A stretch of 64,000 bases of DNA from the human T2T-CHM13v2.0 reference genome, Homo sapiens: assembly GCF_009914755.1 (NCBI RefSeq), contig NC_060935.1, one strand, 5' to 3'. The notes beneath the pieces are model-generated. The model saw only the letters and a list, made by a program, of their open reading frames with translations. It was not told the DNA's origin and ran no database searches. The translations under genes were made by a program, and so were the position numbers. This document shows positions 12,603 to 27,457 of the stretch, piece by piece (within the stretch, counting starts at the first letter, position 1; each line of letters opens with the position of its first letter).

Positions 12603-13567
12603 TTATCTCTAATTACTACTATTTCTCATAATGAAGTTTTGGTAAAAGTTTGTCACCAGATAATAGAAATGTAACTTATTTGATTAAAGAAAATGATGCT
12701 GACATGCCATGTGATTGGCTGGGGCAAAAAAAATCAACATTTAGGAAGTTAGACATTATTGGCACTTAATCCAACTATGATTTCCTACACATTCTTCAGT
12801 GAAAGACTTTCTTCCTTCCTTATGCTTCTTCATGAATGATTTCGCATAACCATGAAATTTAATAGGTAATCAACAAATATTTCTTAATTCACTAAATACA
12901 AGGAAATCCTCCATCCTGGATGAGAAATGATGCCTAAAGCCTTCTTAGCAATTCATTACCTGAGCCAATACCCAGCTGATGTTACTGCATCAAAAAGACA
13001 TTGAAGTCCTCTTGATAACTTAGCTCTTACGGTAACAAAGTTTGATCAAAAAGAGAACCAAAAAAGAAAATGGTGTAAAGACTAACTTATCTGCTGATCA
13101 CCATTGCACAGCCTCAGGCACATCATGTACATTTCACAGCTAGAATATTTGTAAGCCCTGCCTTTGCTTTTCATTATTGAGACGGTCTATACATGATCGA
13201 GCTCCCTTTTCTCTGTATCAATTTTGCTATTTTCTAAATAAATTTCTGAGTTATTCTTTTGGAGAATTACACAAATTACACATATACGTACAAATGCAAA
13301 TATACATACATTAACACCTCTATGTACACACACACTAAGTGCCTGACCTAACTAGTGGGTGCTTATTAAACAAGCAGCTGTTGTTGTTGTTGCTCTTTTA
13401 TTATCCTTCTACAATCATTTTACTGAAAAAACAGCAAGAATCTTCCCCAAGCTGAGGTCTATGAAGCCTTAAGCAAAATATACAGAAGGCCAATTTCTTA
13501 GAACCACATTGTCCCAAACAAGTATATCACAGCTACATTTTTCCTCATGCAAAGGAAAGTTATGTGT

Positions 13568-13941
13568 TACTATGAACTGAAAGTTTGAATCCCTTAAAAA
13601 TTCACATGTTGAAATCCTAACCCCCAAATACGATGCTATTAGCAAGTGGAAACTTTGGGAGGTAATTAGGTCATGAGGGTGGAGACCGCATGAATGAGAT
13701 TAATACCCCTATTAAAATGTACAAGGGAATTTACTTCTTATCCCTCTGCTCTCCCCCATGTGGGGATACAGTGAGAAGATGGCCATATGCAAGCCAAGAA
13801 GCAGGCCCTCACCGGACACCAGATCTGTTGGCATCTTGATCTTAAAGTTCCAGACTCCAGAAACTGTGAGAAATAAATTTCTGTTGTTTAAGCCACTCAG
13901 CATATGGCATTCTGATATAGAAGCCTCGTCTGATTAAGACA
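13568..13941 (+). mobile_element. MLT1A/MLT1A0 MaLR solo LTR
   Basis: AAATTCACATGTTGAAATCCTAACCCCCAA, TTAGGTCATGAGGGTGGAG, AGAAATAAATTTCTGTTGTTTAAGCCAC; ends TAAGACA. Confidence 0.85.
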
Positions 13942-14229
13942 TGCTCTGAATTTTTTTCCAAATAAGATAAAAAAATCTGAAACCATCCATAAAAAACAAG
14001 TCATAATAGTTTCAGAAGTTAAATGTGTCTTATATCTTGCATAAATGGAATCAGATTTGTGCCAGGTCATTAAATTAGCCACGATCAGGGATTAGAATCC
14101 ACAGAATTAGAGCAAAATGTGGGGAATGTACCCTGAGGCTACAGAGGATGTGAAAGATGGGAGGTGAGATAATTCCATGTTTCTATGGGGAAGCCAGCCT
14201 CCAAATATCAGGAAACCACATGCCACCAC

Positions 14230-14230
<1 letters not shown>

Positions 14231-14272
<42 letters not shown>
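14231..14272. repeat. (CA)n microsatellite
   Basis: About 20 perfect AC units. Confidence 0.97.
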
Positions 14273-14275
<3 letters not shown>

Positions 14276-15344
14276 TTTAGAACTGGGATGGGACAAGATA
14301 TACGATGAAGAAATAGGTAAACAGCAAATAGTAGAAGGTACTGACCTGACAGTGTGCCTGAAACATCAATACGTGCAACAGCTTATTTCACTGGGTTCTC
14401 TGAGGCATGTGTAGTAAGTTTAGGCAGTGTATTTAACCAGAATAAAAGCAAAATAAAAGATTCCCTCAATATATTTGACACTTAACTCCTATAATTTTTT
14501 TTTCTATTTTGACCCTCTATAATGGAATTGGGACTAGTTCTACCTCTATCCATTTATCTTAATTATTTGAGAAACACTAAGACACTGTGGACAGAAATAA
14601 AAAGTCACTTTCTTCCTTACATAATGCCTCTTGAAGCCATCCCCATGTGATGTCTCTGCCACGCTGATTGGTCCTACTTTAACACTTCTCCCTACTCCCA
14701 TATGGCTTCTCTTTTCACTGCAGACACTGAGCTGTGTACAAATATCCATCTGGATTTAGGCCAGAAGCATGATAAATTACTGCCTAACTTGCCTACCGCT
14801 CTCTTCTTTTTTTCTATTTCTTCTAACCTGAGCTCTTAACCTATCACTAGAAAGGAACGAAGAGATAGAGGCCACTGGTGAATTTTGCATTTCATAAATC
14901 TCGTAACCCAGGCCAGGCTCCTCTGTCCCATCTGATTATTCAGGCAGAGGAACTCTATGAATCAAACATTCTTTCTTCTGGGTTGGGTCCCTGAGGGCTA
15001 CACATGGTACAGCCCTTTGCTTTCCAGGACAGCCAGCACAAAGGAATGCTGCCCAAGAGGAAGGCTCTTTGTAGCCAACTTGTCACCTTTCCTCACACAG
15101 CACAGTTTTCAGACACAGAGTTCAGGGGACAGGCTATCCAGGGTAACCAGATTTGTTCCAAGAAACAAAGCCATGCCTTTGTTTGCTCTGATTATTCCAG
15201 GGAATGGAAAATATTTGCATTTGTTGAGAAGAAAAATATGACAAAAACAAGTTTTGTACTTTTTAGCATACTATACATAAAAATGTTATTATATGTTTGT
15301 TAGAGCACCCTACCCTCTGAGGAAAGTGGGTAAATGGGGCTGTC

Positions 15345-15482
15345 ATAATTTTGGTATTTCAATAGATGAGAAACTGGAACCATTGAAAGATTAAATAATT
15401 GTATCATCATGACATACCTCTAAGCAGGGAGCCTGTGACTAGATTCCCAAACCAAGCACTCTCTTCACTGTACCACATTGCC
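15345..15482 (-). mobile_element. MIR fragment
   Basis: ATAGATGAGAAACTG...GATTAAATAATT...CTCTTCACTGTACCACATTGCC. Confidence 0.55.
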
Positions 15483-15569
15483 CACATTTGCCAATCAGAA
15501 ACTTGGAAATTGTCTGTATGCTTCTACGGCCAAGCGCTTCCCCTTCCCCTCCCCCTCCCCCTCTCCTTC

Positions 15570-15889
15570 TTTTCTTTCTTTCTTTTTTTTTTTTTTTTTT
15601 GAGATGTAGTCTCACTCTGTCGCCCAGGCTGGAGTGCAGTCAGTGGCACAATGTCCTCACTGCAACCTCTGCCTCCCAGGCTCAAGAGATTCTCTCCTGG
15701 CTCAGCCTTCTAAGTAGCTGGGATTACAGGCACCAGCCACCATGGCTGGCTAATTTTTTTTGTATTTTTAGTAGAGATGGGGTTTCACCATGTTAGCCAG
15801 GCTGGTCTCGAACTCCTGACCTCAAATGATCTGCCTGCCTCAGCCTCCTAAAGTGCTAGGATTACAGGTGTGAACCACTGTGCCCGGCC
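15570..15889 (-). mobile_element. AluS (Sx/Sz-like)
   Basis: Poly-T tail followed by GAGATGTAGTCTCACTCTGTCGCCCAGGCTGGAGTGCAG...TGCCCGGCC. Confidence 0.95.
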
Positions 15890-16264
15890 TGGCCAAGTTA
15901 TTTTCTTGATTGAAACTCATTCTGTATCTATTTTCATTTTATGAAATAAAATTAACAACCATGAAAGAAGTAAACAGTGTCACAATTGTCTCTCTCCCCT
16001 TGCTTCTCTCTGCAACCTTGTAGCAACTACCCTTCCATCTTCATTCACAAGAAAGAAACAAACAGCATTTACCTTCCTCAAAATAGAATCAAATTATCAA
16101 GGAAAATATTCTTCAATCACAAGGAACAGTCTTCCTAAGAACACCAGGCACACAATAACTATAAAAAAAGTGTACATCAGTAGGATGGCTTTCTTACCCT
16201 GATGAGCATCTTCCACCCTTCTGCCCCACTCTGGGAATAATTAAGTCGCTAATGAGCAAGGAAT

Positions 16265-16988
16265 TGATACAGACAGGAGGCAGGGAAATACTGGGTAGAA
16301 GAGTGAAGTTCTACCAGCAAAGGCCCCACCCACAAGCCTGGGCTCACACCCATAAATGAGAACTTCACATCCCTGTATTCCTGCCCGAATGTTGCTTTTT
16401 CCAAAACCACCCTGGCTTGCCACGCCCCCCATCCTGCCCTTAAAAACCCCAAACTCCACTGGCAGAGGAGCAGGGTGGCATGGCAGAGAAGGAGAAAAGA
16501 AAGGAATCATCTGAATGTTGAAGAGGCAGCTGGATGGCTGGAAAAGAGTTCAGCTGGGGATGGCCAAACTCTAGGAGAAGATTATCTTCCCACGCCATCC
16601 CCTTTCCAGCTCCCTATCCTGCTGAGAGCCATCTCCATCACTCAATGAAACCTCTGCATTCAATGACCTTTAAGTCCATGTGACCCGATTCTTCCTGGAT
16701 GCTGGACAAGGACCCAGCAACCAAGAGGGCAGAGTGTAAAAGGCTGTCACCCTGACTCTCCGTTAACACTTCACCATCTGTGGACGGCAACCGCTAAAAG
16801 AGCATTAATTGTAACACACCTCTAGACACTACAGCAGGGCTGGAGCCCAAAAGCACTCACCCAGGCCCTGGCATCCACTCGCCTGTGTGCTCCCCATCCC
16901 TCAAGGGGTTTGAGTACAGTGGCCCAGTAAGCAAGCCACACCCCTGCTGCAAGTCCCACAAAGGGGTCCGGGGAACTCTCCTGTCTCA
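16265..16988 (+). mobile_element. LTR1-family (ERV1) solo LTR
   Basis: TGATACAGACAGGAGGCAGGGAAATACTGGGTAGAAGAG...GGGAACTCTCCTGTCTCA; exact 4-bp TSD GAAT at 16261-16264 and 16989-16992. Confidence 0.85.
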
Positions 16989-17179
16989 GAATTACTTCTG
17001 TGCCATGCAGACAGGTTTTAGACAATTATTCTGTAAACTTTTAGAAAAGAAGTGTTAGAAATCAGTTCTCATATTCTAAGAACCTGATATCTAAACTCAA
17101 CTAGTAAAATGCACGCTGCATAGAATCTGCGTGGTCACCAACCAAGATTCTTGTTAGACAACGATTTGGAGGCACAGTG

Positions 17180-17438
17180 ATGCGTATCTGACATATTCCT
17201 CTCTGGATCCACTCTCTGTACTTCTCAGTCCCACTCTGTGAGTAGGGGACTGACTACATGAATTTCTCAACAGGCCCTTCAGACCTCTGCTTCTGTTTAT
17301 GTTTGTCCAAGGAGAGGCATCAGCAAGAAATCAGAGGACAGGAGGAGACAGAGAGGTGGCATTTATTTCTGCATCTTCCTGTGGGAATCCCTCCACCAAT
17401 GTTATTAACTCCTATCAGAAGCCTCTCTAGCATCTCTT

Positions 17439-17474
<36 letters not shown>

Positions 17475-17701
17475 CCCCTTCCCTCCCTCTCTCTGTCTCT
17501 CTCTCCCTCCCTCTCCCTGGTAACTGCTGTTTTCTCTCTGTTCTTCAGGCCTAGGGGTAGTAAAAATGATATTTCGTGTTATAATCCCCAGGTAATTTAA
17601 CTCCCAATTCATACCTTTGTAAATAGTCCTTATACTAAAGTCTTCTCAAGTTAATCTAACTTGTGTGTGCACTCTGTTTCCTGTTGGCATTCTAATATAG
17701 A
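17180..17701 (+). mobile_element. LTR33-like ERVL solo LTR with an internal (CT)n expansion
   Basis: CTTCAGGCCTAGGGGTAGTAA, ACCTTTGTAAATAGTCC, CTGTTTCCTGTTGG; CT run at ~17433-17517. Confidence 0.7.
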
Positions 17702-17879
17702 CCAGTTATTCTACTCTAAACTTCTTCTTTGTTTACAAAATGGGACTAAAAATATTTACCTCGTATGACTCTCATAAGAAGCAAACTTTGCAGTCTATAA
17801 ACAAAAAATTGACAAGGACTAATTGTCTGCCAAGCAGTTAACTAGGCTCTAGAAATAAAGCAGTAAATAACAAAACAAG

Positions 17880-18388
17880 TTACATTGGTTGTATATTGCT
17901 ATGTAACAAACCACCCCTCAAATTTCACAGCTTAAGACAATGATTTACTCATGAATATGTGAGCCAGCAATTTGGGCTTGATACAGGTGGGTCGTTTTTC
18001 AGCTGAGCTCTCATAGAACTACTCGTGTGGTAGCAAAAAGCTGGCAGCTGGATGGGGGCCGGATAGTCTAAAATGACCTCACTTATGTACTGGCTCTATC
18101 TCCATGTGGTCAGTCGTCTTTCAGGAAGTTAGTGTAGGCTTCTGGTTTAAGTTCCAAGAGAGTGGGAGCAGATGCTACAAAGCGTCTTAAGACCTAAATT
18201 CAGAACTCTTAAAATGTTACATCAATGGCATTCCATTAATCAAAGGAAGTCAGAAGGCCAGCATAGATTCAAGCAGCTGAAGAAGCAGACTCCGTCTACT
18301 CTTAAAGGGAGCAGCAAAATCATATTGCAAAGAAGTGTGCATCCTGGGCTGGGAGAAATTTGCAGCCATGTTTTGCAATTACTGCACA
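17880..18388 (-). mobile_element. MLT1H-like MaLR LTR
   Basis: TATTGCTATGTAACAAACCACCCTCAAA...CAGCAATTTGGGCT...GGCCAGCATAGATTCAAG...CATATTGCAAAG. Confidence 0.75.
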
Positions 18389-19264
18389 AGTTTCTTGACT
18401 TCATAGAACATATCTGTTATGAAAAATACCTGTGTATAACACATAAATGTTTTCATTTACTCAACCAAGATGTATTGAGAACAATGCATTGGGTGCTTGG
18501 TATATATTGAACCATAGTAGTTAATCACAATAAAAATGAATAAAAATGTTCACCACCAATGGGCTGGTTTATCTCCAATTGTGGTCAGAAATTATTGGTC
18601 AGAAAAATCCTCCTTGCAGCCAAAATCCTAAGGCCTACACTTCACACTAGCAAGATATTCATTTGATTATGCCAATAATTATATCTCTCTTCTTTCTTGC
18701 TGTTAACACTACTGCTACTTCCTGATTCCAAATATAAGGTCTCAACCCCATGTTTCTTCATATCCAGCAAATTCGTGTTGGGATTTTGTACCCTCTCGCT
18801 CCCATTACAGTTCCATAGGTTTACATGGACAACTGGGGATCATCAGCAGAAGACCACCATGTTCCCCTATATTCATTCTTCTTATGAGAACTTTACACAG
18901 TGGCAAGCTCATCCGAGGAGTCCTTGTGCCATTACTCCACTAAATATCTTATTAATAATTAGAGACTTTTAAGAATGATCCCTAATCACCATTTTGTATG
19001 TGAAAGAGCAAGCCAAACAGGAAGTAACTGGGTTCCCCCAAATAATGAATTGCCTTACTGTGTGGTTGTATTGGATGCTATTAATGACCTCTACCATGTA
19101 TGCTCTCTATTCTGTTCCAACTCTCAGCTCACACTGATATCTATCAATATTGTCCTCTAGCTGCCTCCCAAAGTGAATTGGTTCAGAACAGTTGTGGAGA
19201 ATAGAGACACAAGGCACAGCTCCAAGGACACTACTTTAGATACCCCTTGTTCCTACTAAATGAT

Positions 19265-19670
19265 CACATTTGTTTAACATATCTCACGGTCACATCATTT
19301 TAGAGATCCTACCTTTATCCAAAAGCCTGGTATGCCCCAGGCCTTCGTGTTTTTCATTTTTCCAATCCTTCTGTGTAGAAATGTTTTAAGGTAGGTGGAA
19401 AACTCCTTCATGTCCTCGAAGTCCTAGAACAAATAAAAACTCTTCTCTGAAGCTATACTCTATTTACTTAGTCTAAGGTGATTCATTCAACATATTGAAT
19501 AACGTAGAATTTGGTGTGCACATCAACCATTGTCATATCCTGTCACTTTTATTTTTATAAATGTCTTTTTTTCTTCACTGAGAAGTCATCTCTTAAGAAA
19601 AGAGATTTTTGTTTCAATGTTTTCTCTGTATCAGTGCCTGACTCAACATGAATGTCCTGTGTTGAACGAG
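19265..19670 (+). mobile_element. Degenerate L2 fragment
   Basis: AAAACTCCTTCATGTCCTCGAAGTCC...TCTTCTCTGAAGC and a 3'-end-like TCAGTGCCTGACTCAAC. Confidence 0.4.
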
Positions 19671-20018
19671 ATTACAATTCATTTTAAGTTTGATTTTAGC
19701 TTCATATCTAATTTACCAAGGTCTCTATCCAATATTTCCATAATAGCTTTTGGGCTAGAGATATTCGGTTCTCCACTTGGACGCAATCAGCTCATTCCAT
19801 TAAACATGAAACCAATCTAGAATAGCTGCTCTAAGAAATTAAACTCTACCACTTCTCATTCAAATAAAAAAAATCCTAGAAACTCTGCAGTCTTCAAGGG
19901 GGCTATTCACATACATACGTGTGTTTTTTAATGAAGAAAAATAATTGCTTTTCTTAATTAGTCCCACATAGCTGAGTCTGCCACTGCTAAATACATGGCT
20001 ATATTACTTTAGTGCTTG

Positions 20019-21626
<1,608 letters not shown>

Positions 21627-21684
21627 CTTGGATAAAAGTAAAAAAAACCTCTGAGTTTCTAATCTACCTTTCTAATAAGGGTGA

Positions 21685-22006
<322 letters not shown>

Positions 22007-22388
22007 AAGGGTTTCATTTTTTAAAAGGCCCAAACAATGGGAGTATTTCGAATAGAATATTTAATATTAGGGTTCTAAGATGCTTCTCACAAAGCCATTC
22101 TGATTTGAAGGCAGATGTAGTCTAAGAAAAAAAATCCTCATCCAATTTCCCTTTGTCAAACTTCTTTGTAAAATATATTTAACTGTAAACAAAGGGGAAA
22201 ACAGACATTAAATAGAGGAACAAAGACTGAGATGTATATTGTTTATCCAAGAATTCATTCATTCAACAAATTCCTTGAAATAATCTACTAGAAAGTAAAG
22301 AGAAAGAAAATCTACTTTAAAAAATAGAATTAAACTCATTTATTTTGCAATTACCATATACATCCATTAGATTCTTTTATATATCTAA

Positions 22389-22649
<261 letters not shown>

Positions 22650-22779
22650 TGATCTATACCAGTAATCTTATTTTTCTTATATCTTACAACAGTTTGCTAT
22701 TTCATCAGTCTAGTAATTATTTTATCATTACTCATATTGATATTTATCCTCAATTATACAATTAAAAAACTTTAAAAAA

Positions 22780-23475
22780 TGATGGCCTTGACTAGAAAGA
22801 TGATACAATAATGACTAAATCATTGATATTATATCATCCTTCAGTTTTCTTAATGCCCAAGGTATTGCATCATCTTTCAAGACATTTTACAAGACTAGAG
22901 AACTTATTTTTATAGCCTGCTTTTAGCTTTCAATAAATGCAGTTGAATACTGAATTGAATACTGAATTCTTTTTTCCATAACAGAAAAAGAAAATTGATG
23001 AAGCAATATGCTTTACAATTATTAGATAAATCAGATGAATGCAAAGAAACTGATAGTGAAATTGATTGCATAAGTGAAATTTCAGACTGGTCTTCAGATG
23101 ATGATGTGCTAGATAAATTTCCCAAACTCAAGAATTTATGAGTAAACACCATATTTCTAAAGACAAAAAGGGATAATAGACATTCAATACTAGTACGTAT
23201 TTTGTCACAAGGATCTGGACCATCCCTTCTTGTTAAAAGGCCGTGGGACATCATTCTCATATTGTTCATGATGTTTGTGTGCCAAAATATGATTAATGCA
23301 AAGTGGTTTGCTATATTTAAATCCTTGTTCAAATTTCTAATAATGCTATTTTCTACTGCTCTGTAATTCTTCTGTAAATTATAAAATGATTTAAAAATAC
23401 TAAGACTGAAAAGTATATAGGGTATCAAAATGGTAGACAGGAATAATTATTTTTCCTAACATCCAGAGTCTAAAG
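22780..23475 (+). mobile_element. Looper (piggyBac superfamily) fossil, internally deleted
   Basis: The + strand encodes an acidic transposase N-terminus remnant (QLLDKSDECKETDSEIDCISEISDWSSDDDVLDKF) and a QGSGPS motif. It ends ATAATTATTTTTCCTAACATCCAGAG, resembling the recalled Looper terminus. Confidence 0.6.
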
Positions 23476-23869
23476 TGTTTATTTATTGTTTCTGGTTTTT
23501 TTTGCAATTAATTTTTCCTGCAGTGGTGTTCAGTCATCTCATTGTATTTTAAGTTACTTTGAATAGAAATTAAAGTTAATGTGCATTTAGTTTTGATTTT
23601 TAGAATTTCTTTTAAGTTTTTATTTTGTTATATAATTATATATAATATCTGCATGACTCTACATTCAAATCAACAAATAAAAAATGTTTAGAGTCTATCT
23701 CCATTCCCTCTGCTCTATTTCTTTTCTAATCCTGTAAATAAACATATAAAATAAGCAATTATCTCTTTTTTAAAATATAAGCACACATTTTAAATATAAT
23801 ATACTTTATGCTTTAATATAAGTGTGCATATTAATGGTCCCTCTTTCTTGCATAACAAACCCATAGATT

Positions 23870-24265
23870 ATATAACAGTGATCGATTTTTGTATAATAAA
23901 CCATTCCAAACATAGTGGCTTGAAATAGCAATCATTTATTTGTTCATGCCAGTTGTTGGCTTGACCTCTCATTCCATGTATTGTTTCATCCTCACGGAAA
24001 TTAACCCAGGCTTTTTTACGTGGTAGACTCAGGGTAGTAAGCAAGAACAAAAGCTACCATGCCTTTTGAGAGTTAGACTCAGAAGCTTCACAACATTGGC
24101 CCTAGTGCAGTTTATTGGTTGAAGCAACCTCCAAGGCAAGCCCAGATTCACAGCATGGAGAAAAAAATTTTACCTCTTAATCAAAGGAGCAGCAAAACAC
24201 ATTGCAAGGAACATGAATACAAAGACAAGAAGCAACTTGGTGGCCACCTTTATAGATGATCTATC
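23870..24265 (-). mobile_element. MLT1H-like MaLR LTR
   Basis: ATAAACCATTCCAAACATAGTGGCTTGAAATAGCAATCATTTATT...GCCCAGATTCA...CACATTGCAAGG. Confidence 0.65.
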
Positions 24266-24454
24266 AGAGTTGAGGTAGAAATTAAAATAAAAGTTAAGAC
24301 TATCTGATCTGTTCTCAAGGTCAGTCTTCGTATCTGTGAAAAAGTAAAGCAACTCATTACTACGAGGAGGCAATGAATATCCTGGACTCCAGTCAACCAT
24401 ATTAAGGACTAGTCTGCCTTTTGGAGGCAAGGAGTGTGGAAAAGGAGGCAGAGA

Positions 24455-24950
24455 TTCACCATGCGAATGGACTTGTTTGCTGCCTACCCAAAATTTGTTT
24501 GTGTTCTTCGAAATAGAATTGCAGTTTTCTGCAGATGACCCTTTTCCCCCATGAGATTTGGGTAAAGTGACCCAAACTCTACTTACTCCAAGTTAATTAG
24601 TGAAAGGTATTTTTATAGTAATGCTTTCTCATCCAGCAGTGCTTTCGAGACATAAATTGGCCTAATCAAACTTAGGGAAAGTGTGTACATACAATTACCG
24701 GCTAGACACGAAAAAATAATTTCTTGGTCACAGATTCTTCTGTAAATTATTTTAACATCATAAAGAAAACCAGCCTTAGATCAAACCAATACTAAGCATA
24801 GAAAATTGCAAAGACAATAAAAATCCAGCTCCTTGATGACATTCTAAAGTCTGTCTTCTTTTCCACACCTGGAATCTGCCTTGTTGGATTTCTAGTTATG
24901 CAAGATTTAAATGTCTTTGTACTTAAACCAGGTTAATATTTTTATCATTT
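24455..24950 (+). mobile_element. Old MLT1 (K/L-like) LTR
   Basis: TGCTGCCTACCCAA near the start; GGATTTCTAGTTATG...TTAAACCAGGTT near the end. Confidence 0.4.
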
Positions 24951-25424
24951 AACTTTGGATTTTGCTAATGCTTGCACAGGAATTTGAATTTAAAAAATTA
25001 TTTTAATATTAATGGCATCACATTGATGCCACCTCTGCTGCCAATCATCAGTGAGGAAGGCACTATAATTTCCAATCCTATTCTAAGGATAAAGAAACCA
25101 ATGCTTAGAGAATTTGAATGAAATGGAATGATATAACGACTGAAACAGTATGTTAGACGCAGTCCAGAGCTCATAGTAGAGACTTGGTAAAGTTAGTTTC
25201 AGGAAGAAACTCCCTTTTCCCAAGGGCTTTACTGCACCATATCTAGCCCACAATCTTACTGCCAAAACTTTGCAGAGTCAGGATTTGAATTCAAGTTCTA
25301 CAGTGTCCCCACTGTGCTACAGTGCTTTGTAGCTGGTCTTTGTCTCAGAGACTATTTGGTGAGATCAAACTTTTAAAGGAACCAGTGCTTTGAGACAGGA
25401 AAAATATTTTTGAGCATTAGAGTA

Positions 25425-25785
25425 TAGATGTTTCTCAATTTACAATGAGGTTACATTCCAATAAACCCATGGTAAAATGAAAATGTAAGGTAAAAATGCA
25501 CTTAATATATCTAAACTACTGAACAGTATAGCTTAGCCTAGCCTACTTTAAACATACTCAGAACACTTACATTAGCCTACAGTTGAGCAAAATCACATAG
25601 CACAAATTCCATTTTATAACAAACTGTTGAGTATCTCATGTAACTTATTGAATATTGTACTGAAAGTGAAAAACAGAATGGTTGGATGGGTGCTTGAACG
25701 ACAGTTTCTACTGAATAGGTATTGCTTCTGTATCATCATAGAGTCAAAATTATAAGTCATACCAGCTTAAATCAGAGACTATCTG
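25425..25785. mobile_element. MER47A (TcMar-Tigger MITE)
   Basis: ATAGCTTAGCCTAGCCTACTTTAAACATACTCAGAACACTTACATTAGCCTACAGTTG...TACTGAAAGTGAAAAACAGAATGGTTG. Confidence 0.85.
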
Positions 25786-25885
25786 TGTTCTTCTAGAAGC
25801 GTAGGCCTATGAAAAGATGCTTTTATGGACAACATAAGGGTAATATGTGTGTAGGGATAAATAAGATAGTAGGGTTCTTTCATAT

Positions 25886-27110
25886 TGTAATATAATAAGA
25901 AATATACATATTTGGTCTTCATCCTCAATTCTTTGCACAGAGCTCCTAAAATCTTGTAATTTTCTGAGTGATAGGGGTAATAGGAGCATCTTATATTATT
26001 AATAATAAGGTCCTTTCTACATGCCTGATTTTATGCTGACAACTTGACTCTTGGTGGGCTCCTATATAGTTTCTAGATGGGGTTAATTGCAAGAGGAACC
26101 AACAATGTGGTTAGAAAGTTGAAACATTCAGCCTACCCCTGATCTCTGAGAGAGGAAAGGGGTTGGGGATAGTATTCAATCATGAACGGCCAATGATTTA
26201 ATCAATCATGCCCCCATTATGGAGCCTCCAAAAAAAACCCTAAAGGATGGAGTTCAGAAAGTTTCTGGGTTGATAAAACTCACACCGGAAGGTGGCACAT
26301 TCAATTCCTGTGCTTCAGCAAGAAGCTTCTCTGCTCAGGACTTTCCCGGACCACACCATATATAACTCTTCTTCTGGGTATTCATTAGTGTCGTTTATAA
26401 TATTGATGAGGTTTGGCCATGTCCCCACTCAAATCTCATCTTGAATTGTGGCTCCCATGATTCCCATGTGTCATGGGACGGACCCGGTAGGAATTGGTTG
26501 AATCATGGAGGCGGGTTTTCCCATTTCTCGTGATAGTGAATGAGTCTCATGAGATCTGATGGTTTTATAAAGGGCAGTTCACCTGCGCACACTCTCTTGC
26601 CTGCCATCATGTGAGGTGTGACTTTGATTCGCCTTCACCTTCCACTATGATTTTGAGGCCTTCCCAGCCATGTGGAACTGTCAATCAAGTAAACCTCTTT
26701 CCTTTATAAATTACCCAGTCTCTGGTATGTCTTTATTAGCAGTGTGAGAACAGAATGATACAAACATCCTTTATAATAAATCAGCAACAGTAAATGGAGT
26801 GTTTCCCTGAGTTCTGTCAGCCATTGTACAAAATTATTAAACCAAAGAAGGGCATCATGGGATCCTCCAATTTTGTGGCCTAGTTGGACAGAAGTGTGGA
26901 TATCCTGGGCACTTAATACTTCATTTGGCATCGGAAGTGGGACAGTGTTTAAACTGCGGGGTGGTTACTAACTTGAGTTAATGTCAGAATTGAATTAAAT
27001 TGTAGTGCACTCACTTGGTGTCTGGAAAGTCAGATAATTCATTGGTGTCGGGGAGGAAATAACCCTGCATGTTTTGTATCAGAAATATTATGAGTAGAAA
27101 TAGATCACAG
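25886..27110 (+). mobile_element. MER21 (B-like) LTR interrupted by THE1C
   Basis: TGTAATATAATAAGAAATAT...CACAGAGCTCCTAAAA, GGCCAATGATTTAATCAATCATGCC; resumes at CATCCTTTATAATAAA...GTGTTTCCCTGAGTTCTGT. Confidence 0.8.
26404..26762 (+). mobile_element. THE1 (C-like) solo LTR
   Basis: TGATGAGGTTTGGCC...CAAATCTCATCTTGAATTGT...AGTGTGAGAACAGAATGATACA; near-TSD AATAT/AACAT. Confidence 0.88.
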
Positions 27111-27396
27111 AGTGACCTAAAAGAGAGCACTGATTTTGGCATTAGATTTCCAAATTTTGGCATCTCAAATTCTCTTCTGTCATGTTGACTTATGTCGCCC
27201 AGAAAACATACTCATATATAACACAGAATTAACAATATCTAACTAGTAAGCTCAAGAAAAGATTAAATGACATTTTATAGAAAGTACCCCGCACCGGACA
27301 TGCTTTCTGTTTGTTTGGTACTCCATCAGTGTTCCTGTAAACACATACCCTGGCTGAGTTTTGGCCTGAGATTTTAAAATTCTGGTTAGAAGGCTT

Positions 27397-27457
27397 TGTG
27401 TGTGTATGCGCGCACATGCGCATGTGTGTGTGTGTGTGTGTGTCTGTGTGTGTGTGT
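27397..27457. repeat. (TG)n compound alternating purine-pyrimidine repeat
   Basis: TGTGTGTGTATGCGCGCACATGCGCATGTGTG... Confidence 0.9.

Noticed and set aside
22910-23428. 172-aa minus-strand ORF
   Set aside because: It is the antisense of the Looper transposase remnant, with no protein-like features.
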